Shown here piece by piece: positions 1 to 9,939 of a stretch of DNA of 64,000 nt. The stretch lies in IMG/VR virus record IMGVR_UViG_3300020177_000966. One strand, written 5' to 3'. The DNA is from a virus. Taxonomy: Duplodnaviria > Caudoviricetes. The position numbers were made by a program, and so were the translations under genes. A model generated the notes under the pieces. It was not told the DNA's origin. It ran no database searches and saw only the letters and a list, made by a program, of their open reading frames with translations. Each line of letters opens with the position of its first letter. The stretch's first letter is position 1.

Positions 1-3000
1 CAGCGCCTGTTCCTTCAATAGTAACAGTGTTTAATCCGCCACTGCCGTCAACGTTTGTTACTAATACAGTAGCATCATTTGTAGGTGAAATACCTCCAAG
101 TGCTGTTCCTTCAATAGTAATTTTGTTACCAATTTGATAAGCTGATCCCGATGCATTAATTGCAATCGTATATGTTCCTGCTGTTCTAGTAATATTTAAT
201 GTGCCGCCTGCACCAGCATGTGCTTGATTAGTACCTGCAACACCGCTAAATGATGTTGGTAGTGCAGGAGCACTGCCTGCAATAGTTACGCCTGTAATAG
301 ATCCATCAGTTCCACTTACAGTAGCAACAGTTATAGTAGCATCGTTAGCTGGAGTTGTTCCACCTAATTCTGTTCCGGCTACTGTAAATGTTTGATCTAA
401 ATGATAGTCTATACCAGCTGTATCAATAGTTGCGCTATAATTTATACCGTCATTTGTAATGTCGAATACTGCGCCTGATCCTGTTACATTTGATAATGTT
501 TTAGATGTAAATGTGCCGCCATTAAATGCTGTCGGGATTGAAGATTCATCAGCACCTTCTAATCTTACATCAAGAATTCCGCCAACACCATCTACTGCAA
601 CAACTCTTAAATACAAATCATTAGCAGGAGTTGCGCCGCCTAAATCGGACCCTAAACATACTAATGTATCAGCTGTATTATATCCTGTTCCTGCTTGTGA
701 AAACTGTATACCATATGATGTACCATCAACGTTAATAGTAAATTCAACATTAGAACCTGATCCCCCAGTAAACGATAAACCAACTCCACCGAACTGATAA
801 CTTCTAATTTGACTAGGAGGCGTACCTTGACTCCAAGCTACGTTATCTGCTTCTACAGTAGTAATAGAGCCACCGCCGCCAACAGATGTAATTTTACCTA
901 CAAAGTCGTTGCCGCCTGATGCTTGATTACCGTCTTGTCCAGATCCGCCTAAGAGCTGACTACCTACAATACGGATCCTATCATTAATAGCAAATCCTGA
1001 TGTATCGTTTGGTGAATTAATATCTACTGTTGTAAAGCCGCCTGATTCGTATGAAATATCAAAATTTGTTGTACCAAAATCGCCGGCAGCATTGTTATAT
1101 GTAGATGTTACTGCTAAGTAAGAAATGCTTCCGCTTAGTGCTGTTCCGCTAATACTTGCACCAGTAATACCACCCGTACCGTTAACAGTAGTAATTACAA
1201 TAGTAGCATCATTTGCTGGTGTTTGTCCACCTAAGTTGTCACCTGTAACTAATACAACGTCACCTGCAACATATCCGCTACCTGCTTGTGCAATACTAGC
1301 TATGCTATAGTCAACTCCGGTTCTAGTAATATTAAACTGTCCGTTGTTACCTACTGGAGAAGCAATTGATCCTGAAACACCTGTGTATGTTTCTGTGTTT
1401 CTAGTAATTGCTGTGGTAAAACTTCCACTCATACTAATTGTATTACCTACAATATTGTTAACAAAGATAGCATCATTACTTCCGTTATTTGCCGCTAGTC
1501 CTGGAACAATTCCCACAGTAGTAGCAACTTGAATATCTGTATTACCTGGGGCAACATCAGCCGTTAATTGTAAAGGTAGTGCTAACCCGTTAGGTGTACT
1601 TGAAATAGCTGTAACCTGTGTACCTACAGGAAATGCCGGGTCATTAATTGGAGCGCCAACTTCTGGTACGTCGCCTGTAAATGCAAGTCTATTTTCGCCT
1701 GGTTGAGCAGTTAAACTTAGTGACATAGTACCTGCTGTACCATTACTAAACACATCAAATGCAGGCTGTCCAATACTAGCACCAGTATAAAACGCACCTT
1801 GTCTTAATTGAGTATATGTTGTAGAAAGAATTTCACCGTCAGTTGTACCAACTTTTGCTTTTGCATAAAAAGTAAATGTGGTATTTGTTGGAACTTCAAT
1901 AATAATAAACGAGCCTTCAGCTCTTGCCGCGCCAGCAACACCGTCTTCTAGTGCTTTAATTGTAATTGGTGTGCCAGGTATAAAACCGTGTGCACCAATT
2001 GTTGTAACTGTAATTTTACTTGATCCAATTCCTTCTGTTCCTGCAGAAGCGTCTGTTTGTACCTTTTGTACTTGTGTATCTGTGCCTGGAAGTTCATATA
2101 CACTTGGATACCCTCTCATCATGCCAATAGCTGACCACTTTGTAGGCTGTAAGCCGTATTCAAAGTCAGCGTCAAGCATTGATAACGGAGGAGCAATACG
2201 CATACGTTCAATGGCATCTGTACCAAAGTCATATGGTCTTGTTCGTTGTTCTGGACTATCAATAAAGATTTGAAGTTCGTCACTTTCGCTCATAGACGAT
2301 GTATTAAACGTAAGATCTAAAATAGTTACCGAGTCGGTAGTCTGTAAATACTTTGGAAAATCGCCGTCTGCATTATAATTTGCATCAGTTGAATCAAACT
2401 TTTCAGTATATCCGCTACTATCTCTAGGAGTAACATCATTTTTACGTGTAACTATGCCGCCTTTGGTTACATCTGTAAAGTTATAAATGACTTCTGTTTT
2501 CGTTGTGTTCGTTACAATTAACAAATCACTTGAATCATAATTGCCTTGGAATCTAATATGTCCTAAACCTTTACGTTGGAATGTTGGTAATGCACTTAAT
2601 CCTGATGTTAATACATTAACAACAAGTCCAATTAATGTTTGAATAACTGTGCCAGCTGCCGGTTCGGCAGTCTTTGATAAATCAATTACTTGTGCAACAT
2701 TGCCTTGATACGGTGTTGATTGTGGAGAATTACTAAACACATGATTGATAATTAAATCACGTGTAAATTCTTTTGCTTTAACTTCTGCTACTCTATCTCC
2801 GTCAACCTGTGCAACTTCTTTTTCAAAATATGTATTTGCAATTCTATATGTTTCAGAATTTCCAGTATATCTTAAATCAAATGCGTAAGCATCAACGTTA
2901 AATCCTGTGTCTCTTTCACATTTTTCTTTATTATATGTGTAACCAACAAATCCTGTAGCACCCTGTCCTACTTGTGCTTGGATCCATGCCGCAACTTCGG

Positions 3001-3112
3001 CCTTAATAAATTCTTTATTCTGTGTTAAAAGTGACCATGCATTTGGATAGGTGTTGTCGTCTAGACCCAATCCTGGATAAAACTTGTAATTATAAATCTT
3101 TTTCTTTGCCAT
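1..3112 (-). CDS. Large virion fibre/appendage protein, >1036 aa; 3' end lies beyond the window's left edge
   Basis: ATG at 3112 (MAKKKIYNYKFIPGLGLDDNTYPNAW...). The frame appears open to the window edge, so it is absent from the ORF track. Contains Gly/Thr-rich beta-type repeats (G.xLGG.TPAND) in 1-1330. Confidence 0.8.
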   Translation of the reverse strand, partial: MAKKKIYNYKFYPGLGLDDNTYPNAWSLLTQNKEFIKAEVAAWIQAQVGQGATGFVGYTYNKEKCERDTGFNVDAYAFDLRYTGNSETYRIANTYFEKEVAQVDGDRVAEVKAKEFTRDLIINHVFSNSPQSTPYQGNVAQVIDLSKTAEPAAGTVIQTLIGLVVNVLTSGLSALPTFQRKGLGHIRFQGNYDSSDLLIVTNTTKTEVIYNFTDVTKGGIVTRKNDVTPRDSSGYTEKFDSTDANYNADGDFPKYLQTTDSVTILDLTFNTSSMSESDELQIFIDSPEQRTRPYDFGTDAIERMRIAPPLSMLDADFEYGLQPTKWSAIGMMRGYPSVYELPGTDTQVQKVQTDASAGTEGIGSSKITVTTIGAHGFIPGTPITIKALEDGVAGAARAEGSFIIIEVPTNTTFTFYAKAKVGTTDGEILSTTYTQLRQGAFYTGASIGQPAFDVFSNGTAGTMSLSLTAQPGENRLAFTGDVPEVGAPINDPAFPVGTQVTAISSTPNGLALPLQLTADVAPGNTDIQVATTVGIVPGLAANNGSNDAIFVNNIVGNTISMSGSFTTAITRNTETYTGVSGSIASPVGNNGQFNITRTGVDYSIASIAQAGSGYVAGDVVLVTGDNLGGQTPANDATIVITTVNGTGGITGASISGTALSGSISYLAVTSTYNNAAGDFGTTNFDISYESGGFTTVDINSPNDTSGFAINDRIRIVGSQLLGGSGQDGNQASGGNDFVGKITSVGGGGSITTVEADNVAWSQGTPPSQIRSYQFGGVGLSFTGGSGSNVEFTINVDGTSYGIQFSQAGTGYNTADTLVCLGSDLGGATPANDLYLRVVAVDGVGGILDVRLEGADESSIPTAFNGGTFTSKTLSNVTGSGAVFDITNDGINYSATIDTAGIDYHLDQTFTVAGTELGGTTPANDATITVATVSGTDGSITGVTIAGSAPALPTSFSGVAGTNQAHAGAGGTLNITRTAGTYTIAINASGSAYQIGNKITIEGTALGGISPTNDATVLVTNVDGSGGLNTVTIEGTGA

Positions 3113-3115
3113 TCT

Positions 3116-3676
3116 TTATGCTCCAAATGCTACCGCAAGAGCTGTTGCTGTTGCGTCTACATATCCTTTACTTGTTGCGTGTCCTGATTGTGTAGGTTGT
3201 CTACTTAAAACAACATTATCTACAATATCCAAATCTCCATTTAACTTTGCGCCATTAAAGTTAATATTACTTGCTGAACTATCAGGTGCTGTTGTCATAT
3301 CAATAGTATATGCTTTTACCTGTACAGGTTCAATATAACCAATATCAACATGATCAATTGATCCTGGTAGTAATCCTACGCTGTTAATTTTTACTACACC
3401 GTTAACTACATTAATTGCTTGCTGACCTAAATACGAAACTCTAAGAGTTCCTCCTGTTACGGCTAAGGACTCAAACACATTTGTAATTACAGGGCCGTCG
3501 TCATCTCCACCACCAGGTACTTCTTCTGGCGGCACATATGCCACAAATGGTGTCCCGTTCAACAAAATACTTTGAACGTTAATGACCGGTGCTGTTATTT
3601 TTCCAGTGCTATCGACACTAAAGTTTGGACTTTCAAATCCATTCTGTGCTTGAAATTTATCGTTTATTACTGCCAT
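3116..3676 (-). CDS. Virion structural protein (186 aa)
   Basis: Within the structural gene run. C-terminal HATSKGYVD fibre motif and terminal hydrophobic ALAVAFGA. Confidence 0.65.
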   Translation of the reverse strand: MAVINDKFQAQNGFESPNFSVDSTGKITAPVINVQSILLNGTPFVAYVPPEEVPGGGDDDGPVITNVFESLAVTGGTLRVSYLGQQAINVVNGVVKINSVGLLPGSIDHVDIGYIEPVQVKAYTIDMTTAPDSSASNINFNGAKLNGDLDIVDNVVLSRQPTQSGHATSKGYVDATATALAVAFGA

Positions 3677-3684
3677 AACTTACC

Positions 3685-5172
3685 TTAAATTGCGCTCAAT
3701 TGCTTAATTGTAATTGTTCCTCTCATAGCTGAATGTACTGTACATTGGTATGCATAGTTTCCGCTAATATTAGCCGGAATCTTCCAATATAATGTTCCGC
3801 TTGTTTTTCCTTGTGCATCTGATCCTATTGATTCTGTACCATCAGTTGCAACATGTACTAATCCTGTGTCATATGCACTGCCGCCACTTGTTTCAATTTG
3901 GAATGGATGACTTGCTAATGAAGAATTATTTAGATCAAATGCAATAGTACATCCTGACAATGCGTAAATAACTGGATCTTCTGTTGCTCCATATTGATCA
4001 AATTTATATCCGTTACTACTATCTGCTGTAACTGTTAAAGTTGTAATAGCACCGTATGCCATTCTATCAATTGTTTGGGGAACATCAATCCAATTTGTTC
4101 CGTTGTATGCCATAACCGAACCGTTAGCCGGTGTTGTAATTACAACATCAGTTAAGCTATCTAGACTATTAGTTCCGGAATAATCAATTGTAACTGTATC
4201 TCCAGATACAGTTGTTGTAATATTTGTTCCGCCTGCAATAGTAAGTGTATCTGTAGTGTTATCTGCTTCAGCAAGACCTGTGTCAGCTTGTACATTACTA
4301 AATGCATTTTGGTTTGCTTCACCTGAATTTGGCGAGCCAACATAATTAATTGTTAAAGTATCTCCTACAATTGCAGTTGCAATATTTGTTCCGCCTGCAA
4401 TAGTAAGTGTATCTGTAGCACTATTTGCTGTAGTATTTCCAACATCGGACGCAACAGTTTCAAATAAATTTTGTACACTACCTGAACTAACTGTTGTAAA
4501 TGTAAATCCGCCTGCACCATCAGTAGTTAATACTTGTTCGGCACTACCGTCTTCGATACCTAAATCAGTTAGTGCTGAAGGAATAGTAGGTTTATTGTTT
4601 AAGTTATTATAATTTGTAAAGTATGCACTGTCAAACCCGTCCAATGTATCAGCATCTAGACCAGCGCCACCTGATGAAACGTCAGTACCTGGTGCCCATT
4701 TGCCGCCATCCCATTTCAAAACATTTCCAGTTTGTGGTGGTTGCGAGACTGTGTCTACATCAGTTAAGCTATTAATGTTACCAATGTATGCAACTGAAGC
4801 TAAAGGACTAGTGTAATTTGTAATTGCTCCGCCACTTGTATCCATTAATAATTTATGCCAAGCTCCTGCGTGTGCAACATGTACAGTACCAGTTTGGTGA
4901 TTGTGCATCAATGCACCGTGATAAGTTGAAGGACTAACTTGGTTTAGTTGGTTAGTTGTAGCAACATGAAATGCAATTTTATTAATTTTTGTGTCGTCGT
5001 TAGGAACATCAAGCTCTAAGTTTGAGTTTACAATATCTTTTAAGTTTGTGCCGTCGCCTAGTGCGCCGTACACTTCGTCAATGTTTGCATTAACTTTAGT
5101 TGCGCCAGATCTTAAACTGTCGCCAGTACCGTCGTTTGCCGCTGTACCTATATTAATTGTTGATTTTGCCAT
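3685..5172 (-). CDS. Tail-fibre-like protein with C-terminal cupredoxin (plastocyanin-like) domain (495 aa)
   Basis: N-terminal INIGTAANDGTGDSLR fibre-attachment motif, SLTDV-type repeats, and C-terminal HPFQI...YQCTVHSAM type-1 Cu ligand pattern. Confidence 0.75.
   Translation of the reverse strand: MAKSTINIGTAANDGTGDSLRSGATKVNANIDEVYGALGDGTNLKDIVNSNLELDVPNDDTKINKIAFHVATTNQLNQVSPSTYHGALMHNHQTGTVHVAHAGAWHKLLMDTSGGAITNYTSPLASVAYIGNINSLTDVDTVSQPPQTGNVLKWDGGKWAPGTDVSSGGAGLDADTLDGFDSAYFTNYNNLNNKPTIPSALTDLGIEDGSAEQVLTTDGAGGFTFTTVSSGSVQNLFETVASDVGNTTANSATDTLTIAGGTNIATAIVGDTLTINYVGSPNSGEANQNAFSNVQADTGLAEADNTTDTLTIAGGTNITTTVSGDTVTIDYSGTNSLDSLTDVVITTPANGSVMAYNGTNWIDVPQTIDRMAYGAITTLTVTADSSNGYKFDQYGATEDPVIYALSGCTIAFDLNNSSLASHPFQIETSGGSAYDTGLVHVATDGTESIGSDAQGKTSGTLYWKIPANISGNYAYQCTVHSAMRGTITIKQLSAI
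4219..4418. repeat. Intragenic 38-bp exact direct repeat (4219-4256 and 4381-4418)
   Basis: AATATTTGTTCCGCCTGCAATAGTAAGTGTATCTGTAG occurs twice, 162 bp (54 codons) apart, encoding TDTLTIAGGTNI. Confidence 0.9.
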
Positions 5173-5175
5173 TCC

Positions 5176-5688
5176 TTACACCTTATCAAATGTTATATTT
5201 GTATTATCAAAATACGTTGTTGTTGCATCAAAAGTATTTATTCCAGATGCTTCCTCTGAGGATACATCTGCGACAATAGCAGGAGGAGTAAGTTGATGTA
5301 TTGTCCTTGCATAAGTTGCATGGTAAATTAATTTCGCTCCTGTCCATGTTCTTGATGTTGGAGACACCATGACTTTACAAATACTTTCGTCTACAGTTAC
5401 ATTTATACTTACTAATTCTTGGTTAATGCTAGAACGCCCAAAGATAGATGCAACTGCTCTATCGGGTCTAGCAACAACAGAAAGTTGCATAATTTCTTTT
5501 TCATTTGAATCAAATTCTACAGTGATTTGGTAAATGGCGCTACTAAAGTCGCCAACGTGCCATTTGTCCATTACACTGTTGTTATGAACTCCAATCCAAT
5601 TTCCTTTGTAACTAAAACTACTCTGCTGGGGTAGTAAAATAGTGTTGTTTAGCCCTTTTGAGAATAGACCGTTTAATGTTTTATTCAT
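5176..5688 (-). CDS. Hypothetical virion-associated protein (170 aa)
   Basis: GGAG RBS, late-promoter motif at 5707-5713, C-terminal FDxxxxxFD motif. Confidence 0.6.
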   Translation of the reverse strand: MNKTLNGLFSKGLNNTILLPQQSSFSYKGNWIGVHNNSVMDKWHVGDFSSAIYQITVEFDSNEKEIMQLSVVARPDRAVASIFGRSSINQELVSINVTVDESICKVMVSPTSRTWTGAKLIYHATYARTIHQLTPPAIVADVSSEEASGINTFDATTTYFDNTNITFDKV

Positions 5689-5706
5689 TTCACATGCTCC
5701 ATATTG

Positions 5707-5713
5707 TATTTAT
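5707..5713 (-). promoter_or_regulatory. T4-type late promoter (ATAAATA)
   Basis: GATAAATA lies about 20 nt upstream of the start at 5688. Confidence 0.6.
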
Positions 5714-5743
5714 CGTTTTGAAAATATATGTAGCACTATAATT

Positions 5744-6307
5744 TTATCGTAGATCAACTAAGCTATGAGCAAATTGATAAAGATTATCAAACACTTCTGT
5801 TTGTTTTTTAAGGTCTTTATTAGCAAAAGAATCTAATTTTTCAATGGTTTCTTTTCCGTGTCCAGTACGCAACAATACTGGGCGAGCTTTAGCTTTAACT
5901 GCGGCTTTAAGATCTGTAATTTTGTCACCAACGTATACACCGTTTTTCCAATCTACTCCAACTTCGGCAGCGGCACGTTTAAACATTCCTATATTGGGTT
6001 TTGCATAAATGTCATCTTTTAAATTAGTAGTTGAATAATATAATCCATTAATATTTTTACAACCAACTTCGCCTAATAACTGTAACATATAGTTATGCAC
6101 TACATCAACATCAACTGCATCACAAATACCTTTCATAATGCCGGCTTGATTTGTTAAAATAACAACATCATATCCTTTGTCTCGAATCATTTTTATTGCT
6201 TCTAAACTTCCTGGAATAGGTTTAAATTGTTCAGGTTTAGTTACATATGTACCAATATCTTCGTTGATAGTTCCGTCTCGGTCTAATCCAATTACCGGTG
6301 TACTCAT
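5744..6307 (-). CDS. gmhB: HAD-IIIA phosphatase, D,D-heptose-1,7-bisphosphate phosphatase-like (187 aa)
   Basis: Motifs DRDGTINED, TNQAGI, KPNIGM and GDKITDL. The Zn-binding CxH...CxC loop is replaced by YYSTTNLKDDIYAKP. Confidence 0.8.
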   Translation of the reverse strand: MSTPVIGLDRDGTINEDIGTYVTKPEQFKPIPGSLEAIKMIRDKGYDVVILTNQAGIMKGICDAVDVDVVHNYMLQLLGEVGCKNINGLYYSTTNLKDDIYAKPNIGMFKRAAAEVGVDWKNGVYVGDKITDLKAAVKAKARPVLLRTGHGKETIEKLDSFANKDLKKQTEVFDNLYQFAHSLVDLR

Positions 6308-6310
6308 TTA

Positions 6311-7171
6311 TTAAGGTCTCCATCTATCATCTGACCAACCTATCTTATCAGAATTAAACCATTTTAAATCTTCTAAGTAGATAAGATCTTTATCTATATA
6401 CTGTTGTTTCCAAAAATCTACAAATTCTTTTGTCTCGGAAGTAAGTGATTCAACATGTGTGTCAACAAACTCTGCGGCTTCGTGTGTTAAAGGATGAAGT
6501 TCTGGCAGTAGCATATGTTGCGAGTCTGCTGTTCTATCAGGAACACTCTTAGGTCTGGTATCTGCAAATGCTTGATCAGTTCCAAAGTTTAATGCATTTA
6601 GTATTGGTGGGCAAGATGTTTGTATGTCGTCTTTATATGATTCTAGTACTGCCCTAACATCCTCTAACTCTAATTTAGAATTAGTTTTATTAAACTCAGG
6701 CGATAGTTCTTCCCAACCTTCTACTGGTTCTCTAAATGCTGTTGATACTACTTTACACCCAATACTAGACAATGCTTTATGTGTTGAACTTATAGTAGCA
6801 CAGTCTCGCATAACACAATGAATCATATCAGCCCATTGCCATTTAGTTTTGTAATAAAAATTATTAAGCACCATGCCTTCGTTATCTAAAGTTAACCCGC
6901 TAAAGTTACCTGGTGTCCACCAACCATGACCCATATGATATCTATCTTCACGAAACATACTGCTCCACTGTAATAATATAATATCATCTTTATTAAATTT
7001 ATGAACAGTGTTTGCTTCCCACAATCTCATATTAATATATTGATTGCCCGCTCCACTTCTAGCCCAGTTACTTCCTTGATAACCTTTAGATTTATATTGA
7101 TGAATTAGAATATCTGCCCAGGTTGGATAAAAGTATTGGGTTAGACTACACCCGAACGCAAATATTCTCAT
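6311..7171 (-). CDS. Hypothetical protein, SGNH-hydrolase-like N-terminus (286 aa)
   Basis: FGCSLT block-I-like motif, WADIL, N.ARSGAGNQYI. Start overlaps the halogenase stop (ATGA). Confidence 0.55.
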   Translation of the reverse strand: MRIFAFGCSLTQYFYPTWADILIHQYKSKGYQGSNWARSGAGNQYINMRLWEANTVHKFNKDDIILLQWSSMFREDRYHMGHGWWTPGNFSGLTLDNEGMVLNNFYYKTKWQWADMIHCVMRDCATISSTHKALSSIGCKVVSTAFREPVEGWEELSPEFNKTNSKLELEDVRAVLESYKDDIQTSCPPILNALNFGTDQAFADTRPKSVPDRTADSQHMLLPELHPLTHEAAEFVDTHVESLTSETKEFVDFWKQQYIDKDLIYLEDLKWFNSDKIGWSDDRWRP

Positions 7172-8646
7172 ACTAATCTCCGCAATAAGTCTAACATTAT
7201 CTTATGCGGAATAGATTTAATTTGATCAAATTGAATTTTTTGCTGGCATTGACGATTAACAAATTCTTGTGCGTCAGGTGGTAATGTATTGTATTGTTTT
7301 AAAATACTATTAGTATCAAATAACCCTAATCCATGCATTACAATTGCAAAATTATATTCATTAAACAGAATTTTTTTTGTATGAGAAGTTAAATCATCTT
7401 CAATGGGCATTCTGTATTTCCACATTTTTAAATTTTCTTCAAGGGTAGAAGGTAAAGGAGTTTCTGCAACAGCTCTCCAAAAAGGAGTATCACGTCTTGG
7501 TGTAATATAATGTAGTGCAATAAAGTCTCTAATATTTTCCATTATTGCGTTTACTTCTACATTATATCTATTAATTGTTTGATTATTGTAATTGACGATA
7601 CGCTGTGCTAATAACATACTTTGATTAATACTAGTTCCAATACTACTGGCTTCTAAAGGTTCTACAAAGTTTGCACTAAGGCCTATTGCACATACATTGC
7701 CAATCCAAGGTTTATCAATTGCTCCTGCTTCAAACTTAATATGTTTTGCTACATCGATACCATGTCCTAAATATTTTTCAACTTCTTCTTGTGCTTCTTC
7801 GGCTGTAATAAAATCACTATCAAAAATATAACCGTTGCCTTTACGGTCCCAAACCGGTATGCGAAACATCCAGCCTGCATTCATTGCTTTTGCCAAAGTC
7901 CAAATAGGTATTTCGTCGCCGCGCGGATCAATAGCATTAGTATATTCTGTTGGAAAAACTATTGCTTCTTTCATTTTTAGATATTTGCTGTAACTTTGCC
8001 ACTTACCGCCCACAGGCTCTATAAGCAATCTTCTAAATCCTGTACAATCAATGTAAAAGTCATAGTCGTATGTCTGTTTTTCGCCTTCAATTGTGTCAAT
8101 CTGATTGTTTTCGATAACATTTACTTTTATAATTTCATCATCAATGATTTGGCATCCTTTGTTTAATGCAAAATTAGTGAGATAGTTATTAAGTTTACTA
8201 GTATTAAAATGGTATTGACTAACTCCGGTATCGTTAGGACGTTCTTCAATAAATTTACTGAATGGAGTATGATTACGCCAAAGGTAATCACCTGTTAAGT
8301 CGCGAGGATCAACATTTTCACCAATAAGTTTAGCATATGCCATTGGCATTCCTAAATGTTTAGGTACAAAAGGTTCGTGTACATTTTGAAGGTAAGGTTT
8401 TTCTCCCCAATCTTCAAACATGATACCTGTTTTAAATGTTCCGTCAACTTCTTTAAGCATTTCTCCTGCTGATATGCCAACATGTTCCATAAATGCAGTC
8501 CAGTGTTCGGTAGAACCTTCGCCAACACCGATTGTTCCTATCTTTGTTGAACGTATTACATCAACAACGTAAGAAGGAAAACTAGTTTTTAATGTTAAGG
8601 CAGCTACAAATCCTGCTGTGCCGCCACCTACTACTGCTATTTTCAT
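7168..8646 (-). CDS. Flavin-dependent halogenase, PrnA/tryptophan-halogenase family (492 aa)
   Basis: VVGGGTAG FAD motif, IGVGEGS, TFKTGIMF with the catalytic Lys position, WMFRIP (WxWxIP variant), FVEPLEASSI. Confidence 0.88.
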   Translation of the reverse strand: MKIAVVGGGTAGFVAALTLKTSFPSYVVDVIRSTKIGTIGVGEGSTEHWTAFMEHVGISAGEMLKEVDGTFKTGIMFEDWGEKPYLQNVHEPFVPKHLGMPMAYAKLIGENVDPRDLTGDYLWRNHTPFSKFIEERPNDTGVSQYHFNTSKLNNYLTNFALNKGCQIIDDEIIKVNVIENNQIDTIEGEKQTYDYDFYIDCTGFRRLLIEPVGGKWQSYSKYLKMKEAIVFPTEYTNAIDPRGDEIPIWTLAKAMNAGWMFRIPVWDRKGNGYIFDSDFITAEEAQEEVEKYLGHGIDVAKHIKFEAGAIDKPWIGNVCAIGLSANFVEPLEASSIGTSINQSMLLAQRIVNYNNQTINRYNVEVNAIMENIRDFIALHYITPRRDTPFWRAVAETPLPSTLEENLKMWKYRMPIEDDLTSHTKKILFNEYNFAIVMHGLGLFDTNSILKQYNTLPPDAQEFVNRQCQQKIQFDQIKSIPHKIMLDLLRRLV

Positions 8647-8653
8647 TTTTATC

Positions 8654-9229
8654 CTATTGGTCGAATGTGTACCAACCTGTTATAATATACTTAACACCTT
8701 TGTAGATAGGATTACCTCGATGTGGATGCGTAAACGATGTAGGAAAAATACAAAGTTTTCCAGGCTCAGGTTTACATTTAACTCCTTGGTATAAGAATTC
8801 AGTTTCACCGCCTTCTTCTACAGCATTTAAGTAAACGGTATATGCAAGCACTCTCGAACCTGTACTAATATCAGCATTTTCACAATGCCACATATGATAA
8901 CCTTGATGAGGTTTAGTTTTTTGAACACTCATCCCTTTAGGACTATGTTGCATAACATGACCTAAACTTTCATATTTTTTTCTATACTTTTCTTCATATA
9001 TTTTATTTAATTGTGTATAAAAGAACAAGCATAAATCTTCATCAGCATGATACATCGAATTATGATTAGCCCAATCCATGTATATGCGTTCATCTTGATT
9101 CTTTATACTACTTTGTAAAGTAGTTATTTGCTTTGAAGACATTTCTTCGAATCGTTTAATTACTTGTCTACACCAGTCAATTGGAAAAGCGTTTGGATAT
9201 TCTTCGATTCCATCAAAATTACCTTCCAT
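8654..9229 (-). CDS. 2OG-Fe(II) oxygenase, prolyl-hydroxylase-like (191 aa)
   Basis: GYHMWHCE (HxE), RVLAYTVYLN, GGETEF, FTHPHRG, KYIITGW. Confidence 0.85.
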   Translation of the reverse strand: MEGNFDGIEEYPNAFPIDWCRQVIKRFEEMSSKQITTLQSSIKNQDERIYMDWANHNSMYHADEDLCLFFYTQLNKIYEEKYRKKYESLGHVMQHSPKGMSVQKTKPHQGYHMWHCENADISTGSRVLAYTVYLNAVEEGGETEFLYQGVKCKPEPGKLCIFPTSFTHPHRGNPIYKGVKYIITGWYTFDQ

Positions 9230-9237
9230 AGTCTCTC

Positions 9238-9939
9238 CTAAATAAAAAATTGTTGATTTAATCTATATAAATCATTAGTAAACATCTGCGGTTTTACATA
9301 CGCACTATGCAAAACTGCCTGATTGTACAATACCATTCTATTAAATTTCATTTGTGCAATGCCTAACAGCTTCCAGTCGCCAATACTATCTGAAATATAA
9401 CGAGTTACTGGAATTTTTCCTTGTACATCTAATGTGTGTGTTACACTAGGGTCGTCATAATATGTTTTCCCCCCAAAAGAATAAAAACTTGTTCCGCCAT
9501 TACACTCATTTGCTGTGTTTAAATAGATTGTAGATGCAAGATTCATTCCACTAGTATTATCCATATGAGGACAAACAGGAGGTAAATTGTTAGTTTGCAT
9601 AACATTTACCATAAATGTTGCATTCATAAAACTATGCTCCATATATTGTGGAGGATAAGCAGTCATTACTTCTGGAAAATACTGTCTTGCTAATTGATCA
9701 TATATCCATGACATACTAGATAATTCATAAAACGCATTAATACGATGTGCTGGATTATTGCCACGTATACGTCTATTTGTAGATGCAGGTATATCTAAAG
9801 CAAGCTGTCTAACATCATATGGATTTTCATAGAAGTCGTCTACTATTAATACTTTTACGTCACCGTAATGAACTAGCTGTGCATCATAATTTGGATTGAT
9901 AGCAAAAATTTTTTCTTCGTCGATAATTTTTTTATCCAT
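9238..9939 (-). CDS. DUF6445-like putative Fe/2OG oxygenase (233 aa)
   Basis: DDFYENPYDVRQLAL, PHMD (HxD), YLN...GGTSFY, FNRMVLY...LHS. Confidence 0.7.
   Translation of the reverse strand: MDKKIIDEEKIFAINPNYDAQLVHYGDVKVLIVDDFYENPYDVRQLALDIPASTNRRIRGNNPAHRINAFYELSSMSWIYDQLARQYFPEVMTAYPPQYMEHSFMNATFMVNVMQTNNLPPVCPHMDNTSGMNLASTIYLNTANECNGGTSFYSFGGKTYYDDPSVTHTLDVQGKIPVTRYISDSIGDWKLLGIAQMKFNRMVLYNQAVLHSAYVKPQMFTNDLYRLNQQFFI

Noticed and set aside
459-2273. Plus-strand ORFs 459-797, 1125-1310, 1344-1532 and 1878-2273
   Set aside because: Antisense shadows of the long minus-strand ORF starting at 3112; no RBS or recognisable motifs.
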